Shown here piece by piece: positions 35,913 through 45,595 of a stretch of 64,000 nt of DNA. How positions within the stretch are numbered: the first letter of the stretch is position 1; each line of letters starts with the position of its first letter. The DNA is taken from contig CAVXEP010000029.1 of NCBI GenBank assembly GCA_963760795.1, forward strand, positions 288,001-352,000. The letters run 5' to 3'. The notes below the pieces were generated by a model, which ran no database searches, was not told the DNA's origin, and saw only the letters and a list, made by a program, of their open reading frames with translations. Source of the DNA: an uncultured delta proteobacterium (GTDB lineage: Bacteria > Desulfobacterota > Binatia > UBA9968). A program made the translations under genes and the position numbers.

Positions 35913-36392
35913 TCAACCCTCGACTTTGTGCTCTTGCGGCCGCAACAAACGCAGCGAAATCACCAGCGCAACGGCGAGTCCGGTGAGGATAGCGAGTTCC
36001 CAAAGCGCATGCTGAAAAACTTGCTCGTCCGCTTTGAGCAGTTTGGAAAGCTCCGCGGTGAGCACAATGATGCGCCGGCTAACCGCGATCACGGCGACGA
36101 TCAAGAAGGGTTGCGGCTCCAAAACATGTTCGCGAAACGATACTTTGACGGTGAAAAGCAGTTCAACGATGATAATGATCAAAAGCAGTTGATCGAGTAG
36201 CGGGACAATATTGTCGGCGAGGGCACCGTCAATGATAGTGCGCCAGAAGCCGACGGCTTCAACGACGAGAAAGGCCAAGGCACTAGCGGCGAGAAGCACG
36301 GCAAGGCCTATGTAAACGATGTCTTCCCCTCTGCTGATTATGGTGGTTAGCCACTGGCGAAGGTTGTTGTCGTCTTCGGAGCGTTGGGCCAT
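35913..36392 (-). CDS. PsiE-family membrane protein
   Basis: Four TM helices; LLLIIIIVELLFTV, PFLIVAVIAVSRRII. Confidence 0.85.
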   Translation of the reverse strand: MAQRSEDDNNLRQWLTTIISRGEDIVYIGLAVLLAASALAFLVVEAVGFWRTIIDGALADNIVPLLDQLLLIIIIVELLFTVKVSFREHVLEPQPFLIVAVIAVSRRIIVLTAELSKLLKADEQVFQHALWELAILTGLAVALVISLRLLRPQEHKVEG

Positions 36393-36496
36393 TTTATCCC
36401 ATTCAAGACTCGATCGTCGAGTTCGCGCGCCGTCACTCCACCTACCTTATTATTTGGTTTCGGCGTTCCTCGCGGTAGCGCTTGTAAGCTATTAAA

Positions 36497-36512
36497 AGCA
36501 ATTTGAGTGCCC
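36497..36512 (-). promoter_or_regulatory. Sigma-54 promoter
   Basis: GGGCACTCAAATTGCT; a CGTC-N10-GACG palindrome at 36602-36619 lies about 90 nt upstream. Confidence 0.6.
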
Positions 36513-36789
36513 TTAAACCGATGGTAGATTTACTCCGGTGGTTATCTAGGAGGGCATATGAAAGGCAACTAACCAAGATTGGGACGAAGCAATGACTAAC
36601 ACGTCCTTAAAATGGGACGGTTAAGATTTATGCCGGATACGCAGCTAGGCATTGCGAAAAACAGCGAATATCGGTGTTGATAGATTATCAGTTAGGAAGT
36701 TGCGAATACCGGGCGGGTGAAAGTTTTACTTCTGAGATCGCCGTAAATAGTTATTTCACAACGGAGATAGATGTGGGTTAGTTGGTACA

Positions 36790-37085
36790 ACTCCCCATCG
36801 ATTAACCGCGCTGTAGACGGTTCCATATTGTATCCATTAGCTGGGCACCCTTGCGCAATGGCGCGCATCAAATGACGGTCACCGTGGCCGCTACCGGGAT
36901 CGGTATCGACGCTAAAGTCTTGCCCAGGATCTTCCTCGTTTTTCACCTCCAAGAAGAGATGTGGATTGGGATCGGGGCTGCCGATCTTGCGACCGCATCG
37001 TAAAATCACACAGTGCCAGAATTAAGGTGTCGAATGAGCACGGTGTTGAGCATCACAAAACAGTCACCTTGTTTTCCATCGATCT
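36790..37085 (+). pseudogene. Decayed histidine-kinase ATPase (HATPase_c) fragment
   Basis: Read across several frames: IN.AVDG (N box), VTVAATGIGIDAKVLPRIF (G1), FFTSKKRCGLGSGLPI (F/G2), CDRIVKSHSARIKVSNEHG. Confidence 0.7.
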
Positions 37086-37352
37086 CGGTTACTTTACCAA
37101 ATGGCAAAGCAGAGATGCGTGCCTACAAGACTGCTTTGCTTCATTACCGCGTTGATGAATTTGTTAGCCTCCTGTGCTGTCCAGCACAGCGGCCAAATGA
37201 GACTGACGACATAGGTTTGTTCTGCAGCCGCTAGCGAAATTCCTACTAGGAAGAGAAATCCCGACAGTTTGCCGAGAAGATCTGCCGCTTGACTGACGAT
37301 AAAGTGGCGCAAGAGTCTTCTAACAAAAGAGAATTTCACCAGGGTGGTGTGA

Positions 37353-37368
37353 TGGCATGACGGTTGCA
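37353..37368 (+). promoter_or_regulatory. Sigma-54 promoter
   Basis: TGGCATGACGGTTGCA, 43 nt before ATG 37412. Confidence 0.7.
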
Positions 37369-37411
37369 CTATAGCTCGAATGCGCATGAAGCGCTGCGAA
37401 CTCAGGAGGCA

Positions 37412-37600
37412 ATGACGATGACAATAACACTACCCCAGAAAACGACGCTAGGAGAGTTGATTGCGGCAGTGACTGATGAAGTATCGCGGCTCACTCAAGG
37501 GTCGGCCAATACGAATATTCTGGTCTCGTACATCATCAGCGATCTCTTAGCCAAGCGAAGAGTGCGGCCGGAAACACGGAGAATCCTAAAAGTCGCCTAG
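37412..37600 (+). CDS. Small hypothetical protein (62 aa)
   Basis: SD AGGAGG; TTLGELIAAVTDEV...ILVSYIISDLL. Confidence 0.75.
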   Translation: MTMTITLPQKTTLGELIAAVTDEVSRLTQGSANTNILVSYIISDLLAKRRVRPETRRILKVA

Positions 37601-37673
37601 TATTGTAGTTTTATGAGAGGGACGGCTGAACGATTTATCGCCGGTAACCGAAATGCATGTGGAGTTTTAAGCC

Positions 37674-37811
37674 ATGCAAATGTACGTCGCACTGCAGCCG
37701 TTAGTGGCGCTAATCGCGGGAATACTGATTCTAATGATTCCGAGGTTGTTGAATTACATCGTCGCCATCTATCTGATCGTGATCGGCATCTTGGGACTGG
37801 TGCGAATGTGA
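37674..37811 (+). CDS. DUF3096 small membrane protein (45 aa)
   Basis: Translated by hand: [45 protein letters not shown]; SD GGAG. Confidence 0.88.
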   Translation: MQMYVALQPLVALIAGILILMIPRLLNYIVAIYLIVIGILGLVRM

Positions 37812-37896
37812 CGGGGTGTTTAATTGCTCGACCGCGTCGGCGATCAAGCAAGCTCAGAAAAGCGAAAACAAATTTCGCGGAAAGGAGGACATGTCG

Positions 37897-38064
37897 ATGT
37901 TAAATTGGGCTGTAACTTTTCTTGTGATTGCGCTCATCGCCGGCCTGTTGGGCCTTAGCGGTGTGGCAGGTGCGGCGACTCAGATCGCCTGGATACTGTT
38001 TGTAGTGTTCTTGATCCTGTTTCTCGTGGGCTTGGTCATGAACCGAAGACCACCTGTCTCGTGA
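37897..38064 (+). CDS. DUF1328 (UPF0391) small membrane protein, second copy
   Basis: SD AAGGAGG; [42 protein letters not shown]. Confidence 0.9.
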   Translation: MLNWAVTFLVIALIAGLLGLSGVAGAATQIAWILFVVFLILFLVGLVMNRRPPVS

Positions 38065-38424
38065 TAGCCACGAAAGGCACGACATGTGGAGGCTTAAGCC
38101 AAACCCTCGTAGCCACCAACTGCCCCAGGGTCCCGGTTTCCTCGCCGTTGGGCGATGAGATCGGGACCTCCCTCCTTGATCGCTTAACTTACAAAAGGCG
38201 GTGAGATCCTAGTTGGTTGCTACGAGGAATATCTCAGACCCACAGAGCAAAGGATTTACAAAGACGAAAGCTAAAAACCTAAGTCCGTAATGTGCGTGCT
38301 TCATCAGGCTCGTCTGCGCCGTATCCGTTTCTTGTGTAAATAATGATCCTGCTATGACAAGTCATCCGACGAATCAAACTTTATAATTGCTAAATAAGCG
38401 ACCGCTTTATAAATCCGACACCCT

Positions 38425-38440
38425 TGGCATCGTATGTGCG
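38425..38440 (+). promoter_or_regulatory. Putative sigma-54 promoter
   Basis: TGGCATCGTATGTGCG, GG-N10-GC, upstream of the PRC-barrel gene. Confidence 0.55.
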
Positions 38441-38510
38441 TTTTACTGGTTGGTAGGAAGTAGCAGGCGTGACGGCGGCTAACAGTAATCGCGGAAAAGG
38501 AGCAGAGACC

Positions 38511-39257
38511 ATGCTACGAAAAATGAAAGATCTGAAGGGTTTAGCAATCGGCGCTAAAGACGGTGATATCGGTGAAGCAAACGACTTCATTTTCGACGAT
38601 AAGAACTGGACGGTTCGCTACTTAGTGGCGGATACAGATCGCTGGCTGCCTGGACGCAAAGTCTTGATCTCACCCATCGTCATTGATCGAGCCGATTGGG
38701 ATGGCAAAAGGCTTCCGGTTTTGCTGACCCAGGAGCAAGTAAAGAACAGTCCGGACATCAGTATGGACGAAAGCCTATCTGCGCAAGATGAAATTAAATA
38801 CTACGACTATTACGATTGGCCGTATTATTGGACGGGTGGAGAAATTTGGGGTCCCGTGACTTTGCCGCAAGACCTCATTGCCGAAGGAATTAACAGAAAG
38901 ATCGCGTTGACCGAAGAGATTAACCGGTCGCATTTGCGCAGCATGAAAGATGTGGCTGGGTATTCGATCCAGGCCACCGACGGGGAAATCGGACATGTCA
39001 ATGATTTCGTACTTGACGATGACAGCTGGACCATTCGTTACATAGTCGCCGACACACGCAATTGGTTACCAGGTAAAAAGGTGCTCATTTCTCCGCAGTG
39101 GATAGCGCACGTCGATTGGAAGGATTCCAACCTGTACGTCAATTTGTCTCGGCAGGCGATCAAGAGCGGTCCCGAGTACGACCCGGAAAGGCTCAATCGC
39201 TCGTATGAGACGGAACTCTACGGGCATTACGGTCAACCCAACTATTGGTGGTGTTGA
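38511..39257 (+). CDS. Tandem PRC-barrel domain protein
   Basis: Two internal repeats of DG.IG...DF..DD..WT.RY.VADT..WLPG.KVLISP; SD AAGGAG. Confidence 0.9.
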   Translation: MLRKMKDLKGLAIGAKDGDIGEANDFIFDDKNWTVRYLVADTDRWLPGRKVLISPIVIDRADWDGKRLPVLLTQEQVKNSPDISMDESLSAQDEIKYYDYYDWPYYWTGGEIWGPVTLPQDLIAEGINRKIALTEEINRSHLRSMKDVAGYSIQATDGEIGHVNDFVLDDDSWTIRYIVADTRNWLPGKKVLISPQWIAHVDWKDSNLYVNLSRQAIKSGPEYDPERLNRSYETELYGHYGQPNYWWC

Positions 39258-39456
39258 GCAGGGGAAATATAGTCTAAAAAAATAACGAGGTTGAATTTAT
39301 AAAAGATGAATTCAAAGGGAGCTGACGAAAGTCCAGAAGTCGACGTAATCCAGAACTCAAATTTAAATGACAAACACCGAATAGCTGTGTCTTCGTCAGG
39401 GGACGGCATAATCCGCCGCCTCCCCGTGAGACCGCTTGGACAGAAGGAGTTGGAGG

Positions 39457-39684
39457 ATGGATAATAACCAATTCAAAACGAGCCGACGCGAGTATAAGGA
39501 AAACGTGAAGAGGCAGTGGGGTTGGTTCCCTGACAACGATCTCCTGGAAGGCGAGGAAGATTATGACAAATTCCTCGAAGATGGGCACGAACGCGACGGC
39601 GAACAGAACGAAGTAGAGCGCTGGGTGGAGGATTGGTGTGAACGAGGTGGCTGGCGGAACAATCGGTCGGCCCACCGAGATTGA
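39457..39684 (+). CDS. Divergent CsbD-like stress protein
   Basis: YKENVKRQWGWFPDNDLL...ERDGEQNEVERWVEDW follows the CsbD/YjbJ pattern; SD upstream. Confidence 0.6.
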   Translation: MDNNQFKTSRREYKENVKRQWGWFPDNDLLEGEEDYDKFLEDGHERDGEQNEVERWVEDWCERGGWRNNRSAHRD

Positions 39685-39886
39685 GATCGAGATCCCGATT
39701 GGATTCAGCAGGCGCGGTCTGCAGATTGGCCTCGTTTTTTTGCGCCATCTGTTTGACTTCCTTCAGTCGAGGCCCGGCTTAACGATGGACAGTTATTGCT
39801 AGAGCTTCCGCAAATGAACCAGCTTCCATAACGAGCCGCAGAGCAACGCGGTCGAGGCGCCCAAGTGAAAACCCTTTCGTCACGCT

Positions 39887-40189
39887 TCACGGTTCAATTT
39901 TAGTTGCGCTATGGGAAATTCCATCGGTCTCGTGCGGAAAACAATTCCCCACAGACTTGCTGGAAGACACAATCTCCACCTCATCCGGAAATACGTAAGC
40001 ACAAATACCATTTCCCCAATGCACCTGCAGAAGGTGACGGCCAAGGTTGTCGATCTCGGAAATTATCGTACCCACCGCGGACGGCCGCACATTTCCTGCA
40101 TGGGTCCGGATTTCCCTTCTTGCTCGGCAACGCACTACCGGCACGTTTGCGATTTTATTCAAACTCTCCTTCTCGAGCAACGGCCTCAT
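39887..40189 (-). CDS. Hypothetical protein (100 aa), possibly an SH3-like beta barrel
   Basis: SD AGGAGG; GTIISEIDNLGRHLLQVHWGNGICAYVFPDEVEI; sigma-54 promoter upstream. Confidence 0.65.
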   Translation of the reverse strand: MRPLLEKESLNKIANVPVVRCRARREIRTHAGNVRPSAVGTIISEIDNLGRHLLQVHWGNGICAYVFPDEVEIVSSSKSVGNCFPHETDGISHSATKIEP

Positions 40190-40298
40190 AATTCCTCCTT
40201 CTGTCTCTAACCTTGATGAAATCTCTTTTGAAATCTGAAACCGCCATCATTGACTGACTCAAATTTCGCGCCCCCGACCTAGGGTCCATGAAAACTCC

Positions 40299-40314
40299 CG
40301 CAAGGCGCGTGCCA
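40299..40314 (-). promoter_or_regulatory. Sigma-54 promoter
   Basis: TGGCACGCGCCTTGCG, near-consensus. Confidence 0.7.
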
Positions 40315-40688
40315 TACGCGTTGAGCGTATACGAAGAGTTAATTTTGGAGCGAAATTTGTTTTGATAATCTAGTTGAAACAGGTATTTGCCCAAAGACGT
40401 CAGATGGTATACGACGGCGGTTATCGGAGAGTTTGAAACACTATATTTTGAAGATGTCCACCTTGTGAAGTCCCAACAAAGGCACTGAAAATTAAGGTTT
40501 CTCCTATCGAGGCGCGCTGATGTAGCGCGTCCCAACATAGGGATTACAGAGGTTCCTTCTGCGTGATATCCAGAAGCTGGCAACGCTTCCAGACGGCGGA
40601 TAGCGCGTGGAACAAATTGACGAAATCAGCTAAGACTAAATGGCATTGAGATCATCGACAGCGATAGAAGATTTGCCAGAGGGTTGTT

Positions 40689-42101
40689 ATGTCCACGGGA
40701 AAAATTCTCGTCGTCGACGACGACCGCAATCTCCTCGAATTGGTTCGCACCAGGCTCGAAGCAGCCAAGTACGAGGTGGTAACGGCCGTCAAAGGCGAGG
40801 AGGCCAAAGAAGCACTCAACGGTGATAGCATTGATCTCTCCATTGTTGACTTGAAGCTTGCCGGCCAAGACGGCATGTCAATTATGGAGGAATTACATGC
40901 AATCAATCCCGCCCTGCCGGTGATTATTCTCACTGGCTATGGAAGTATCGAAGGCGCCGTAGAGGCCATCAAGAGAGGCGCCTACGGCTATCTTACCAAG
41001 CCCATCGATCCCACGGAGCTGCAATTGCAGATCGGCCGAGCGCTGGAAAATCGCCGGCTTGTCTCTGAGAACGTGCGGCTTAAGGAACTGCTCAAGGAAA
41101 AATACGATTTTACCAATATCGTAGCCAAGAGCGAGGTCATGCAGAAGGTGCTGGCGGGGGTTTCGCGAATCGCCCAGACCGAATCTACGGTCCATATTCA
41201 AGGCGAAAGTGGCACAGGCAAGGAGGTGATCGCCAAGGCTATTCATCTTGCCAGCGAGAGGAAAAATAAGCCCTTCGTGGCGATCAATTGCGCCGCCGTC
41301 CCTGAAGCATTGCTGGAGAGCGAACTGTTCGGTCACGAAAAGGGATCGTTCACCGGCGCGGTGCGCAGCACCAAGGGATATTTTGCGCAGGCTCATCAAG
41401 GCACTATTTTATTAGATGAAATTGGCGATATGCCGATGTCGATCCAACCTAAACTCCTGCGCGCGTTGGAGGAGCGGCAATTTTATCCCATTGGCAGCGA
41501 AAAGCCGATTCAAGTGGATGTCAGGGTTATTGTCGCCACCAAGAAGGATCTTGAAGAAGAAGTACGAAAGGGGCTATTTCGCGAGGATCTCTTCTACCGG
41601 ATTCATGTTATTCCGGTTCGTCTCCCGCCACTGCGGGAACGGAAAGAAGATATCCCACACCTGGTAAGCCATCTGCTGGAGAAAATCGCGCGGCAATCAA
41701 AAAAGGATGTGAAAAGTCTCACACCTCAAGCCATGAAGAAGCTGATGCTGCATGATTGGCCGGGCAATGTTCGCGAGCTCGAAAACACCTTGGAGTACGC
41801 CGTCACGATGGCCGAGGGGGAGGTGGTCACGGAAGAGCTTTTATTCGAAACCAGAGCCCAGACGGCTATCGGAGCGCAGGAGTCCGCTCTCCGATATGAC
41901 TTGCTACCGGTGGATGGCCCGCTCAAATCTCTCAAAGAAGCGCGGGCGGACTTTGAAAAAGCATACCTTGTCCGCTTGCTCCAGCACAGCAGTGGCAGTG
42001 CAGCAAAAGCCGCGGAGATTGCCGGGAAATACCGGGCCGATTTCTATGACCTACTGAAGAAACACGGCATCAATCTCCAAGCGTTTAAAAAGGCGAACTA
42101 G
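40689..42101 (+). CDS. Sigma-54-dependent response regulator (NtrC/GlrR-like), copy 2
   Basis: Same architecture as 34431-35879: GESGTGKE, GSFTGA, and an identical HTH segment AAEIAGKYRADFYDLLKKHGI. Confidence 0.95.
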   Translation: MSTGKILVVDDDRNLLELVRTRLEAAKYEVVTAVKGEEAKEALNGDSIDLSIVDLKLAGQDGMSIMEELHAINPALPVIILTGYGSIEGAVEAIKRGAYGYLTKPIDPTELQLQIGRALENRRLVSENVRLKELLKEKYDFTNIVAKSEVMQKVLAGVSRIAQTESTVHIQGESGTGKEVIAKAIHLASERKNKPFVAINCAAVPEALLESELFGHEKGSFTGAVRSTKGYFAQAHQGTILLDEIGDMPMSIQPKLLRALEERQFYPIGSEKPIQVDVRVIVATKKDLEEEVRKGLFREDLFYRIHVIPVRLPPLRERKEDIPHLVSHLLEKIARQSKKDVKSLTPQAMKKLMLHDWPGNVRELENTLEYAVTMAEGEVVTEELLFETRAQTAIGAQESALRYDLLPVDGPLKSLKEARADFEKAYLVRLLQHSSGSAAKAAEIAGKYRADFYDLLKKHGINLQAFKKAN

Positions 42102-42344
42102 ACATTTACTGATCCTTGCCCCGTTCGGAATTCCCAATCGCAATCTCGCTGTTACTAATTGCCATCAACGTTTGTCGATTTCGATGGAGCGTGTGTCTAT
42201 GGTTGTAATTTCAAACAGCGAGGTCAAAAGGCCATAGCAATTCACAATTCAGCACTAGAAGATCATCCCCGGATTGGTTCCTGGTACCTGTGGATTTGAC
42301 GATGTTGATGCAATATCGCCTGGCTTGATTATGAATAGGCTGGC

Positions 42345-42650
42345 CTATGTGGGTTTGATGAAATGAACTATTCCTGCGATGACGAAGGACCCTATAAAAG
42401 CCGCGATCAAGTCGATAAGAATGCGCAGCCCCTGCAGGCTGTCGAGATATTCGCTAAGGTGAAAATAGTTAATTACGAAGTGACCGAGGACGAAACCGAT
42501 CGCGCCGATTATTGTGAAACCGATCACTCCCGGGCGGCGCTCGGCCGCGACCAGCCGCGTCGCCAGAAACCCGGCGATGAACGCCATCACCAAACTCGCG
42601 GCCAAGTTTGTTTCTATATGGGCGACGACTTGTTGAAGGGCTTCTGGCAC
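42345..42650 (-). CDS. GlsB/YeaQ/YmgE-like (transglycosylase-associated) membrane protein
   Basis: Three TM helices; IAGFLATRLV, IIGAIGFVLG, LIAAFIGSFVI. Confidence 0.65.
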   Translation of the reverse strand: MPEALQQVVAHIETNLAASLVMAFIAGFLATRLVAAERRPGVIGFTIIGAIGFVLGHFVINYFHLSEYLDSLQGLRILIDLIAAFIGSFVIAGIVHFIKPT

Positions 42651-42654
42651 GGTT

Positions 42655-43281
42655 TTACCTCGTGAGCAGCGCTAACAGCTGTTGCGCCGCTTGGTTGGGC
42701 TCATCGGCGCTCATGATTGCCGAAATCAGGGCCACGCCGCGGCTGCCCACTTTTTGGGTTTCCGGTAAATTTTCCAGCTTGATTCCTCCTATAGCATAAA
42801 CGTCTAGGGAAATCTTTGCGACAATTTTTCTTAGCGCGTTGAGCCCTTGTGGAGCCCCATAAGCGGCTTTGGATGGTGTGAAAAAAACCGGCCCGAACAC
42901 GATGAAATCGGCGCCTTCCCGTTCTGCTTTGCAAGCGCCTTCGAGAGAGTGGGTAGAAACACCGATGATTCGTTGCGTTCCCAAGAGCGTGCGGGCGGCC
43001 GGGACCGGCATGGAGCTTTCGCTAAGGTGCACCCCTGCGGCGTTCACCGCAAGCGCGACATCGACCCGATCATTGATAAATAATTGGGCTTGATAGCGGT
43101 GACATAGGTGCGAAACCCGCTCCGCGAGGCTAAACAGTTCTTTGCCGCTCAGATCCTTTTCGCGTAGTTGGACCGCTCTGACGCCACCGTCCAAGGCGCG
43201 CTCCAGCACCCAGAGAAGATCACGCCCGTGGGTAAGCTTGCGGTCGGTAACGAGGTATAGATCGAAATTCGGCTGGGGCAC
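42655..43281 (-). CDS. thiE: Thiamine phosphate synthase
   Basis: LYLVTD, VQLREK, INDRVD, GVHL, GVSTH, AIGGI; in the thi operon. Confidence 0.95.
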   Translation of the reverse strand: MPQPNFDLYLVTDRKLTHGRDLLWVLERALDGGVRAVQLREKDLSGKELFSLAERVSHLCHRYQAQLFINDRVDVALAVNAAGVHLSESSMPVPAARTLLGTQRIIGVSTHSLEGACKAEREGADFIVFGPVFFTPSKAAYGAPQGLNALRKIVAKISLDVYAIGGIKLENLPETQKVGSRGVALISAIMSADEPNQAAQQLLALLTR

Positions 43282-43290
43282 TTGCGTCAG

Positions 43291-44070
43291 CTAATTGAGC
43301 ATACCATCCAGCGGGCTCGAGGCGGTGGCGTAAAGTTTTTTGGCTATGCGGCCGGCGAGATAGGCTTTGCGGCCGGCTTCAACGCCCTGGCGCATCGCTT
43401 CGGCCATCAAGATTGGATCTTTGGCGCCGGCGATAGCGGTGTTCATTAAAACTCCGGCGCAGCCCATTTCCATAGCTACCGCCGCATCCGAGGCCGTGCC
43501 CACACCGGCGTCGACGATCACCGGCACTTTGGCGTGCTCCAAAATAATTCTGATGTTGTACGGGTTCCGAATGCCCAGCCCGGAGCCGATCGGCGCCGCC
43601 AACGGCATCACCGCGGCGCAGCCCATGTCTTCGAGTTTTTGGGCTGTGATGGGATCGTCGGTAATGTAGGGCAGGACGATGAAGCCCTCTTTGACTAGTG
43701 TCTTGGCGGCGTCGAGGGTCGCCGGCACATCGGGGAAAAGCGTTCTGTCATCGCCGATCACTTCGAGTTTGACGAGTTTACCCACGCCCGCTTCGCGGGC
43801 GAGCCGGCAGGTGCGCACGGCGTCATCGGCGTTATAGCAGCCGGCAGTGTTGGGCAGGATCGTGTATTTCTTGGGGTCGAGATAGTCGAGAAGATTTTCT
43901 TTGTTGGGATCCGTAATATTGACGCGGCGCACGGCCACGGTGACGATTTCGGCGCCAGAGACTTCGATGGCTTTTTTCGTTTCGGCGAAGTCTTTGTATT
44001 TTCCGGTGCCGACGATGAGCCGCGAACGGAACTTCGTGCCGGCTAGTTCAAAAAAGTCTTCCATGGTCAT
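43291..44070 (-). CDS. thiG: Thiazole synthase
   Basis: [47 protein letters not shown]. Confidence 0.97.
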   Translation of the reverse strand: MTMEDFFELAGTKFRSRLIVGTGKYKDFAETKKAIEVSGAEIVTVAVRRVNITDPNKENLLDYLDPKKYTILPNTAGCYNADDAVRTCRLAREAGVGKLVKLEVIGDDRTLFPDVPATLDAAKTLVKEGFIVLPYITDDPITAQKLEDMGCAAVMPLAAPIGSGLGIRNPYNIRIILEHAKVPVIVDAGVGTASDAAVAMEMGCAGVLMNTAIAGAKDPILMAEAMRQGVEAGRKAYLAGRIAKKLYATASSPLDGMLN

Positions 44071-44270
44071 CCTCCGCCCACGAAGTGGACGATTTCTAAT
44101 GTGTCGCTATCGTTGATCAATGTCGCGTTATAGCGATCGCGCGGGACGATCTCCCGGTTGCGCTCCACGACCACGCGGCCCGGCCGAATTTGCAGCGATT
44201 CCAACAGCGCGGTCAGCGTCAGGCCGTTGTCGAATTCCCGCTCTTCACCGTTAATTTTAACTTTCATCAC
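44067..44270 (-). CDS. thiS: Sulfur carrier protein
   Basis: Ubiquitin-like 67 aa ending in EIVHFVGGG; overlaps the thiG start. Confidence 0.96.
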   Translation of the reverse strand: MMKVKINGEEREFDNGLTLTALLESLQIRPGRVVVERNREIVPRDRYNATLINDSDTLEIVHFVGGG

Positions 44271-44273
44271 AAT

Positions 44274-44322
44274 AAAAAAACCGCATTCGCACAGACCACC
44301 CGATTGTGGTCAGGGAATACGG
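44274..44322 (-). terminator. Intrinsic terminator forming the riboswitch expression platform
   Basis: Minus strand CCGTATTC...GACCAC-loop-GTGGTC...GAATGCGG followed by T7, just before the thiS start. Confidence 0.7.
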
Positions 44323-44367
44323 TTTCAAGTGGGTTACGCCGAATCGACTTCGACGCGACTTTGACTT

Positions 44368-44462
44368 TCACGCTTCCCTACGCCGGTGCGACCCGGATCA
44401 GGTTCAAAGGGTTACCCGTTTTTCAGGCTCTCAGTCTGACTCTGGCAGACACCCCTAGCAAC
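44368..44462 (-). ncRNA. TPP riboswitch
   Basis: CTAGGGGTG...CTGAGA...ACCCTTTGAACCTGATCCGGGTCGCACCGGCGTAGGGAAG, upstream of thiSGE. Confidence 0.95.
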
Positions 44463-44622
44463 GACAGCACCCTTAACAAAGCACTAGCTCCAAGTCAAAT
44501 TCGCCTCGCCGAATGCTTGATTCTAGAACTTTTGACGGAGCGGAGACTTCAACTGCCGAACGGTGGCCGGATAATCCTATCCGGCCACCGCTAATCGGAG
44601 TTGTTCTTGGCGAGTCAACGTA

Positions 44623-45569
44623 TTACGGCGCGACGATGTCGACATGGAGACTGCCGATGCCTTCGATTTCACCTTCGACCTTGTCGCCGGGATTGAGAAA
44701 CACCGGCGGCACGCGGGCGAAGCCGACGCCTGAAGGGGTGCCGGTGCTGATGATGTCGCCCGGCTCCAGCGTCATACCGCCGGAAAGCGATTCGATGATC
44801 GTCGGGATGTCGAAGATCATGTCCCGGGTATTGCCGTCCTGCATGACTTGGCCGTTGACTCGGCAGACGAGTCGCACTTGTTGCGGGTCGGGCATGGCGC
44901 TCTTGTGGACGATCCATGGTCCAAGCGGGCAAAGCGTATCGAGGGCCTTGCCTTTGAACCATTGGCCGTGGATTCGTTGCAGCTCGCGGGCGGTCATGTC
45001 GAGACAGATGGTGTAGCCAAACACGTAGTCATAGGCTTTGGCTTTGGGAATATCGCGGCCTTTTTTGCCGATGACCAAGGCCAACTCGACTTCCCAATCG
45101 AGCTTGTCAGTGACTTTATGTTTGATGACTTTGCCATACTGGCCGATGACGGAGGTGGCTGGTTTGGTGAAGAACACCGGATAGTCGGGATATTTAATAT
45201 CCAGTTGGCGCGCCCGGGCGCCTTCGTCGACATGCTCGCGGTAGTTGATGCCGAGCATGACGCAATTCTTTCTTGGCGTCGGAAGTCGGAGAAATGATCT
45301 TGGCCTGAGTTGGCTTTACCAGGGCACCTGCGGCGACGAGTTTTTTTTGCTCGTCGGGATTCTTGCCCGCCACATACTTTCCCGCGTTGCGCGCTACCTG
45401 CATCGCTTTGCCGCCGGCTTCGATGAACGCTTGCATGCTTGTCAGAGAACGGCGCGTTGCCGCCTTTGAGATAGCGCCGATTGACTTCGGCCAAATCGAT
45501 AATCTGATCCTGCGGCCCCATCAGGCCGACACGTTGCTGGTTCTTGCGCGTAAAAGTGACTAGTCGCAT
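44623..45569 (-). CDS. Fumarylacetoacetate hydrolase family protein; two +1 frameshifts (about 45445 and 45288)
   Basis: MRLVTF N-terminus; the joined frames give LPTPRKNCVMLGINYREH, FFTKP, DWEVEL, QWFKGK and GDIISTGTPSGVG. Confidence 0.87.
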
Positions 45570-45595
45570 GGCTCCTCCAGAAAAAATTGATCTAA

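Noticed and set aside
42174-42200. TGTCGATTT...GTCT ECF-like motif near the island boundary
   Set aside because: No gene follows on that strand and the match is partial.
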